Source: an uncultured Hyphomicrobiales bacterium
Lineage (GTDB): Bacteria > Pseudomonadota > Alphaproteobacteria > Rhizobiales > Beijerinckiaceae
Assembly: GCA_903902915.1 (NCBI GenBank)
Contig: CAIUWR010000039.1
Coordinates: forward strand, 7,594 to 39,593
Length of the DNA: 32,000 bases
Direction of reading: 5' to 3'
Position 1 is the first letter of the stretch. Every line of letters starts with the position of its first letter. Of the stretch, positions 26,512-32,000 are shown one piece after another. Below the pieces are notes generated by a model. That model searched no databases, was not told the DNA's origin, and was given only the letters and a program-made list of their open reading frames with translations. The translations under genes were made by a program, and so were the position numbers.

Positions 26512-27564
26512 ATGAAAGCGGCTATTCCTGATTTTCGACACCAATCCAGTCGATTCTCTGGATTCAAAATGTTTTATGAGTTTCATTACACGACCAATGA
26601 TTGCTCACCTGACATTGCAGTTGAGACGTGGCTGGCTAATAAGCTTGATTTTGATTTTGAACAAAGATGCGTACTGGCACTGTTTCAGGGCGCTGTGTAT
26701 TCAGGACCAATAGAGACAATCTTTGCGACTCAGTTTCCTAAGCTGACAGGGTCAATGGACAATCTCATATCCTTCTACAAAGATAATAAGGCTAGGATGG
26801 TCTTTTCGTCTGATTGCAAATACCGAAAGGTTTTTTTTGAACAGTTCCTCACCTCAGTGGCCAAATCCGTGTCGCACTACGGTAGCCTTGGCCAGCTGGT
26901 CGCTTCCTGCTTTGATTCAGACGATAGAACCGCGAACTATCGCAAGCTTCAGCGTCTGTGTGTTGACGAATGGTACCAATGGGGTCGTATGGGTCACTGG
27001 TGTTTTGCTGAGGCACTGTATAGCTTTGTCAAAGCACCTATCACTCCACCAACGATGGAGTTCATCGACGGTAAAAGTCATAGAGCGGGTTGGGCATTTT
27101 GCCTTAACCGTGATGATTTAACCCACGATAAAATATCACGAGCTGATTGTGATTATCTAGAACAAGAAGCTGCGAGATTCATTGCTAATCTCAAACACCC
27201 AAATGCAAACTACTTTACGTTAGAGACAGCCTGCTGCAACTACAAACGTCAACATAAAGGCAGTCGTTATGGAGGCTGCTACATTGACGAGCAGTACGAT
27301 GAAATAATATGGGCGCAGGAGAAATGGGCTGAATATAGCTCCTTGTGGGACACTTATATGCTGGGCAGGCAGGCGGTCCTCCCTGCTGCCCTGCTATATG
27401 AAAACAACACCCACCAATCTCAACCACGCTCCGAAGCAGCTTACCAAAAAAGTTGGACGAAATCCCTGAGCCAATATGGTAGGATTCCAAGAGTTGAGGC
27501 TTGGTTTGCCAACGAACCCCAAGTTTGGACTGACATCAAGAATCTGCCATTTGCTATCCACTAA
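26512..27564 (+). CDS. Trp/Tyr/Cys-rich helical protein; candidate aGPT-pyrophosphorylase / amino-acid:DNA transferase-like enzyme (function hypothetical)
   Basis: 350-aa ORF with coding-like composition. Its stop codon overlaps the convergent 1184-aa gene (CTAA/TTAG at 27561-27564). The functional guess comes only from gene neighbourhood (kinase plus dioxygenase) and the all-helical appearance. Confidence 0.7.
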   Translation: MKAAIPDFRHQSSRFSGFKMFYEFHYTTNDCSPDIAVETWLANKLDFDFEQRCVLALFQGAVYSGPIETIFATQFPKLTGSMDNLISFYKDNKARMVFSSDCKYRKVFFEQFLTSVAKSVSHYGSLGQLVASCFDSDDRTANYRKLQRLCVDEWYQWGRMGHWCFAEALYSFVKAPITPPTMEFIDGKSHRAGWAFCLNRDDLTHDKISRADCDYLEQEAARFIANLKHPNANYFTLETACCNYKRQHKGSRYGGCYIDEQYDEIIWAQEKWAEYSSLWDTYMLGRQAVLPAALLYENNTHQSQPRSEAAYQKSWTKSLSQYGRIPRVEAWFANEPQVWTDIKNLPFAIH

Positions 27565-30500
27565 GTCATACCAAAATAGCTCTTCATCTCAACCAATATC
27601 AGAGCCTGATGTTCGTCGGTGTTGTTCTCCATCGTCTTGACGCGACTAAAAAACGTTGGGGAGCCACATATGTTTCGGATTTTAGTGCGCTTGGCTTTTA
27701 TGAACTGTTCTGGCTGATTATCTTTACGTTTCTTATGACGAGCCTTGAGAACGGCGTCTGCGGCAACCACCTCAATGATTTTGAGTGAAACGCCCATCTC
27801 ATCAAGTGCTTCAAGAAAGCTGAAGTTAAACAAACGGTCTCCCTCAAAAATAACGTTTGATTTTATCTGCGTGAGAAAACTGAGTGCTACAGGCTGTACC
27901 GCCATGTCTAAACGGTCTGTGCCAGGAAAGTCTTCCCCATCCACATACTCGCCAAGAATGTAACAATCCAAATCCTTGTTATAAAGCGCCTTCAAGCCCT
28001 TGCCCGGCTTCAAACTTTCCCACTTGCCTGTTTCCTTTAGAAACGCTTTCATAAGCGTAGATTTACCAGTTGCGGGCAGTCCATTAATCGCCAGCACCTT
28101 CTTCTTCGTTTTAACACGAACGCTACTCTTCGGCTGCGCTACGTAATATGGTGGTATATCCTCAGCCTTTATCCCCTTCATTGGTTTCCCAGTTGAGATT
28201 GAGACGTATGGCAATGCATCGGTAATATAATCAAACCTCACAGTGCGCCCATCTTTCCTGAAATGAGCTAATCCAAGTTCATATGCTGATTCCTCATTTG
28301 GCTGGTATCTAGCATCAAGCTTAGGTCGGTTGATTACGCCGACGCAACTACTGACTGGGTGAAAACTTCGCACAGACAGAGATTTGTCTAACGCCTCAGC
28401 TTGATTGTCGGTGTCACCCTTTATGGATATCCCCCAAAGATACGAACTATGCTCCCGGCAAGCATCAAAACCACGCCTGATAACTCTTTGCTCAAAACTA
28501 TCTACGGATAGAATCGCATCTTTAGAAGAACCAGTCAGCCCATATATCCCATCAATGTCATCACGCAGATATACGATAGGGGTGTTTGGAGGGAAATACT
28601 CAGCGGGATGCATAGAGCTTATCTGGCTCCCAAAACCTACGTTCTTGCTATTTTTTTTGACTGTGATCGTTGCTGTTTTACGCAGGCTTGCATAACCATC
28701 CTTGCCCAGCCACTCTGTTATCTGTTCATTATTCCAACCCTGTTTCTGTAGGTCTACTATCTTCGTCGCCAACCGAACTTGATATGGCTTGTCCATTTCC
28801 ACACCATAGCTCTCTAACAAGCTCTCACCCGGTACGAATAGCGTTACACGGCGGGGGTCTATGTTCTGCTGTTTCAGATAGCGAAATATCTTTATAGGAC
28901 GGGGGTGTGCACCATCTGGCGATATCATCACGGCAATCTTGTAGCTGTTCCACTTGAAGTTTGGTCTCTCAGATTTGGGTGGATAGGCTTTCTCAGTGTT
29001 CTCTTTATATGCGAGCGTTGTTTTGGTGTAGCATACAACCGACAGACGACGCCCCTCCCCATTGAGTTGTTGGACGCCGTGGACCTTGCGGGAGTTAGCA
29101 ACAAAGACATCGCCATCACCAACTCTGAATGCGCAGCGATATTGGGGTATGACAAAATAACCACCCTCATATTTGCCTTCATTGAATACAGCGATGGTCG
29201 TCAAGCCACTGTTATGGTCACCGCTATCAATATGATAGTTCATGGCGGGCATATCATCGCCATAACGGTTGACGGCTAATGTGGTGAACACGCTGCCACC
29301 AAGCCGATGTTCCCGCAGGATCCGTGAGCTTAGGAACTTGGCCTGTTTCTGATAATCCGCCTTAGCCACCCTGTAATAGACAGTGTCACAACGCTTGGCC
29401 AATGCGAAGAACCCAGCTTTCACGTCCTCACTTGCGACCCCAGCTAAAGCGAACTGAGGCACTTTCGTCGTCTTATCGGGTATCCAGCCATAAGTGGATG
29501 ATGGGATGGGTTCACTACGTGGACGATCCCAATGCCCTTTTTTGCCATCACGCTCTTCGACCCACTTCTCATAAGTGCGCCCTTCATTAGACAGGCGATA
29601 TTTTAGGCCGCGCTTCTCAAAGTTGGCGATGGTCTTTTGGCTTATGGGGTGCGGCGATTCAGTTATCCTAGCACCACTTGTATCTTGGATGGCGCGGATG
29701 GATGTCACTGCTTCGGTACGGGCAGCGTCAGTGAAGATTTTTCTCTTCACGGCGCCAATGACAGGACGACGCCCAATCGTTAGGTCATATGGGCCTTCAA
29801 CAATAAAGTCCTTGTTGATGATGTCAGCATCAAAGAGATAATCGTAGTCCTTGTGCGTCGGCGTCTTGCCTATCAAATCGGCAGCAGCACGGTCCCCCAA
29901 GTCCTGCTCTGATATATAGAGCCTGACGTCGCCATCTGAGGATAACAGAGTGGCCGCGCGGCTGATGCTGAGTTCGCGTGGTGTGCTTGCTGTTGGCTTC
30001 TTCAGTTTGCCGGCTAGCACGATTAGGACAGCGTCTGCCACCATCTCAGCAATCTGGGTGGGTATCGCCTGTGCTAACAGCCGCGCCTTATCATTCTCTT
30101 TCGCTTTGATAGTGAATGCGTCGGGCATACCAATGAGGGCACTCATCTCTGAGGTGGTGAACATCCTGTCTTCTGCGGGATGTAGACAGCCATTGTCTCC
30201 AAGTTGCTTGGCTTTATAAAAGTCCAAGTTTGCACAGGGAGTGTCCCAAGCTGCCCGCATCACTTGGTGGCCTTTACTCTTTGGATAACCGCAGTCAGTG
30301 ACTGCCCTCAGCCCAAGACTTGCAAGTGTCGTCACTTTGGCTGGCTCTTTCCGCAAGAGCTTCCGTGCTGCCCACAAAGCCTTGCTGCGATGTGTCTGCT
30401 TCGTCCAGTAATCAGCATCAGAACGTCTGGTATCAACCTTACTCAGCACTGCCCTTACCGTGCTGTGGTCACTTGGCATTGGTAGTGGAAAGGCAAACTC

Positions 30501-31115
30501 CAACGCTTCGTCGGTGGTGACTTTGGCTTTTGCTGCTTGTTCCCTATGGACTACAAACACCACGCCATAGGATTTGGACACGGCGGAGCCATACTGGGCC
30601 GCGTCAACCACCCGACAGAATACAAAATAGTCGCGCTCTAGGTGTCCATCGCCCATTTTTTTATAGCGTAAAAAATCTACAGACCTATTGAATCGCGTCA
30701 GGTTCTCATTCGCCAGCAACTCCGGCGGCACATAACCCACAGCGACTTTAGGAGAGAGGCTGCGGACGATGTTGAAGAAGTCAGACAGCTGGGCGGGTGT
30801 ATTGGCGGTCTTGTCGGCTGGGCTGAGCTGGGCTGAGAAATCCAACAGGTCTAGCACGGCCCCTGCTGGTAGCCCCACCTTGGCCACAAGCTCAGCTCTG
30901 CCCTTCTCTTTGCGGTTGTTGAACCAACGAGCATCGGTGTTGTCGTGGGTGGTAGCAGGGAAGTTCGTGGCGAAGACCGACCTCTCCAAATCCTCTGTTT
31001 CAGTTCCATACAAAATCTGAAACCCTTTTGACCTGTAGGCAAATGCGGTTGTGCCGATTCCTGCTGAAAAGCAGGCAGCTGTGTAGGTGTTTTTCGCCAT
31101 CGCTGTTGCCTTCAT
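27561..31115 (-). CDS. 1184-aa multidomain DNA-modification protein: degenerate C5-MTase-like + TET/JBP-like 2OG-Fe(II) dioxygenase + DxD region + P-loop kinase
   Basis: It is an uninterrupted 3.5-kb ORF. The motifs are listed in the four domain features below. The start is at 31115 or at Met6 (31100). Confidence 0.9.
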   Translation of the reverse strand: MKATAMAKNTYTAACFSAGIGTTAFAYRSKGFQILYGTETEDLERSVFATNFPATTHDNTDARWFNNRKEKGRAELVAKVGLPAGAVLDLLDFSAQLSPADKTANTPAQLSDFFNIVRSLSPKVAVGYVPPELLANENLTRFNRSVDFLRYKKMGDGHLERDYFVFCRVVDAAQYGSAVSKSYGVVFVVHREQAAKAKVTTDEALEFAFPLPMPSDHSTVRAVLSKVDTRRSDADYWTKQTHRSKALWAARKLLRKEPAKVTTLASLGLRAVTDCGYPKSKGHQVMRAAWDTPCANLDFYKAKQLGDNGCLHPAEDRMFTTSEMSALIGMPDAFTIKAKENDKARLLAQAIPTQIAEMVADAVLIVLAGKLKKPTASTPRELSISRAATLLSSDGDVRLYISEQDLGDRAAADLIGKTPTHKDYDYLFDADIINKDFIVEGPYDLTIGRRPVIGAVKRKIFTDAARTEAVTSIRAIQDTSGARITESPHPISQKTIANFEKRGLKYRLSNEGRTYEKWVEERDGKKGHWDRPRSEPIPSSTYGWIPDKTTKVPQFALAGVASEDVKAGFFALAKRCDTVYYRVAKADYQKQAKFLSSRILREHRLGGSVFTTLAVNRYGDDMPAMNYHIDSGDHNSGLTTIAVFNEGKYEGGYFVIPQYRCAFRVGDGDVFVANSRKVHGVQQLNGEGRRLSVVCYTKTTLAYKENTEKAYPPKSERPNFKWNSYKIAVMISPDGAHPRPIKIFRYLKQQNIDPRRVTLFVPGESLLESYGVEMDKPYQVRLATKIVDLQKQGWNNEQITEWLGKDGYASLRKTATITVKKNSKNVGFGSQISSMHPAEYFPPNTPIVYLRDDIDGIYGLTGSSKDAILSVDSFEQRVIRRGFDACREHSSYLWGISIKGDTDNQAEALDKSLSVRSFHPVSSCVGVINRPKLDARYQPNEESAYELGLAHFRKDGRTVRFDYITDALPYVSISTGKPMKGIKAEDIPPYYVAQPKSSVRVKTKKKVLAINGLPATGKSTLMKAFLKETGKWESLKPGKGLKALYNKDLDCYILGEYVDGEDFPGTDRLDMAVQPVALSFLTQIKSNVIFEGDRLFNFSFLEALDEMGVSLKIIEVVAADAVLKARHKKRKDNQPEQFIKAKRTKIRNICGSPTFFSRVKTMENNTDEHQALILVEMKSYFGMT
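27564..28103 (-). other. domain: P-loop kinase-like (aa 1005-1184)
   Basis: Walker A: VLAINGLPATGKSTLM (nt 28056-28082). A hydrophobic strand plus acidic residues (CYILGEYVDGED), then GTDRLD and IFEGDRLF. The size is typical of small nucleotide or nucleic-acid kinases. Confidence 0.65.
28161..28943 (-). other. domain: unassigned region with a GT-A-like beta1 strand and DxD motif (aa 725-985)
   Basis: YKIAVMISPDG...VTLFVPGES...PIVYLRDDIDGIYG (D852-D853-x-D855). The pattern is reminiscent of nucleotide-sugar (GT-A) transferases. Confidence 0.35.
29001..29438 (-). other. domain: 2OG-Fe(II) dioxygenase double-stranded beta-helix core, TET/JBP-like (aa 560-705)
   Basis: NYHIDSGD (H628-x-D630), GGYFVIP, GDGDVFVANSRKVHGV (H679) and GEGRRLSVVCY (R689/R690 about 10 residues after the distal His). 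H628 maps to nt 29232-29234. Confidence 0.7.
29961..31100 (-). other. domain: C5 DNA methyltransferase-like fold with degenerate catalytic motifs (aa 6-385)
   Basis: Motif I-like ACFSAGIGTTAFA and TETEDLERSVFATNFP. The motif IV position reads DLLDFSAQLS (no Pro-Cys). The motif VI position reads PKVAVGYVPPELL (no ENV). The motif VIII position reads AAQYGSAVSKSYGVVFVV (no QxRxR). The motif IX/X-like region (MFTTSEMSALIGMPDAF and AQAIPTQIAEMVADAV) is retained. Confidence 0.6.
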
Positions 31116-31172
31116 TTGCCGTTTAGCTCAGGCTAGCTGGTAGTTGTAGGCTGTTCAAGACCGGGGCATTCG

Positions 31173-32000
31173 ATGGAAAGAAACTCACCACGTCCACGAG
31201 AGTTGGCGCAAAGGGTCATAAAGTCCGTCAAGGACAGTGTCGCGGCAAGCTTGGACACTTGCTTCGCTTTTGCAGAAGCTTGGACACTCTATTTAGAAGC
31301 TGGATGGACCGATAAGGACCTCCTCAGCTTTCTCAACCAACTCCATGCAGCACGTATTGGGCCAGACCCCGTAACACTAGGCAGGGACAAAGAGGACCGG
31401 CTCATTATCGGCACATCGTCAGCATCGTTCTACATGATGAAACGCATTGGTGAGAGCGCACTGCTGAAAGACAAAGAAATCAGGACAGCCTGCCTCATCA
31501 ACAGCCGCAGTAGCCTATACGACCTCATACAGCTCTATGAAGAGGCATGTGAGAGAGGCAGCGGGTCTGCTGTAAAAAAAGAAGAGCGGGCTAGAGAAAA
31601 AGTGCTTTCGCTGCTGACCGCGCACGGTGAAGGATTGACACGTAAGTTGATTGCTGAGGCACGTAAACAGCTTAGCAAACAGCGCCAATCCCATAAACCC
31701 AAAGACCTCCTACATAAAGCGCAGCCAAATGAAGGTGGCTTTTCGCTAGCAGAGCTGCTGGAGAGCGGCGCAAGTTTTCAAGAAATACTCCTGACGCCAT
31801 CTGCATTGGTTCTGGATGCGATTGAAGAGATGTCGATTGCTGATTTGGAGGAGCGGCTTGGATTGTGCAACCTGTCGTCTGGAAATTGTATTGAGCGTTG
31901 TTCAAGAATTCTGGCATCCCCACTTTATATATGCCTTTGTGTCAGCGCCCCACTTTTCATCGATTTCGACGAGGATGGCGCTAACGAGCCGCATGAGAGA
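31173..32000 (+). CDS. hypothetical protein, 5' part only (ORF runs off the right end of the window)
   Basis: ATG at 31173, then 276 codons without a stop to position 32000 (my own translation: MERNSPRPRELAQRVIKSVKDS...). It is absent from the supplied ORF track, presumably because it has no stop. It is divergent from the 1184-aa gene across only 57 bp. Confidence 0.55.
   Translation, partial: MERNSPRPRELAQRVIKSVKDSVAASLDTCFAFAEAWTLYLEAGWTDKDLLSFLNQLHAARIGPDPVTLGRDKEDRLIIGTSSASFYMMKRIGESALLKDKEIRTACLINSRSSLYDLIQLYEEACERGSGSAVKKEERAREKVLSLLTAHGEGLTRKLIAEARKQLSKQRQSHKPKDLLHKAQPNEGGFSLAELLESGASFQEILLTPSALVLDAIEEMSIADLEERLGLCNLSSGNCIERCSRILASPLYICLCVSAPLFIDFDEDGANEPHER

Larger units (their letters stand above)
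22966..32000. mobile_element. integrated element 2 (right end and presumably its integrase and the intact tRNA lie beyond the window)
   Basis: It starts at the second tRNA-derived repeat with low-GC composition. It carries HUH-like Rep, recombinase and DNA-modification genes. Confidence 0.6.

Noticed and set aside
27745-30520. Multiple 60-125-aa plus-strand ORFs inside the 1184-aa gene, and 25767..26063 and 20678..21106 opposite other genes
   Set aside because: All are antisense to long, motif-bearing ORFs. Their translations are Ser/Leu/Cys-rich without features.
1-32000. CRISPR arrays, rRNA genes, IS elements with terminal inverted repeats, and toxin-antitoxin pairs
   Set aside because: I saw no regularly spaced repeat array, no rRNA-like sequence and no transposase-like ORF. 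The RHH protein at 18671 has no recognisable toxin partner.

Overview
The window splits sharply at about 15.92 kb.

Left part (1-15.9 kb): visibly GC-rich core chromosome, probably alphaproteobacterial (judged by eye, not computed). It carries a tandem M16 peptidase pair, mutL, a class A FAD monooxygenase, a Bug/TctC-like binding protein, a LuxR-type regulator next to a paralogous receiver-like protein, a YafK-like L,D-transpeptidase, and an ftrA-oprB-ftrB-ftrC-ftrD iron-uptake cluster. Long antisense ORFs in this part are GC-driven shadow ORFs.

Right part (15.9-32 kb): much lower-GC accessory DNA that reads as two tandem integrated elements. They are delimited by a 45-nt direct repeat (55 nt with 2 mismatches) that equals positions 32-76 of a minus-strand tRNA-Thr(GGU). 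No intact tRNA lies in the window.

Element 1 (about 15.97-22.97 kb):
- a McrA/COG3183-like HNH nuclease preceded by a G11 tract
- a small-ORF operon with a ribbon-helix-helix protein
- several unknowns
- a scar where two truncated tyrosine-recombinase genes abut tail to tail

Element 2 (23.0 kb to beyond the window end) holds the most interesting locus:
- A 1184-aa fusion protein. By eye it combines a catalytically degenerate C5-DNA-methyltransferase-like domain, a TET/JBP-like 2OG-Fe(II) dioxygenase core (HxD...H...R), a DxD-containing region and a C-terminal P-loop kinase.
- A convergent 350-aa Trp/Tyr/Cys-rich protein whose stop codon overlaps it. This is a candidate aGPT-pyrophosphorylase / amino-acid:DNA transferase-like enzyme.
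- An intact 188-aa catalytic-domain-only tyrosine recombinase next to these genes.

Together these look like a chromosomally carried, post-replicative DNA base hypermodification system. All functional calls rest on motif reading without database searches.
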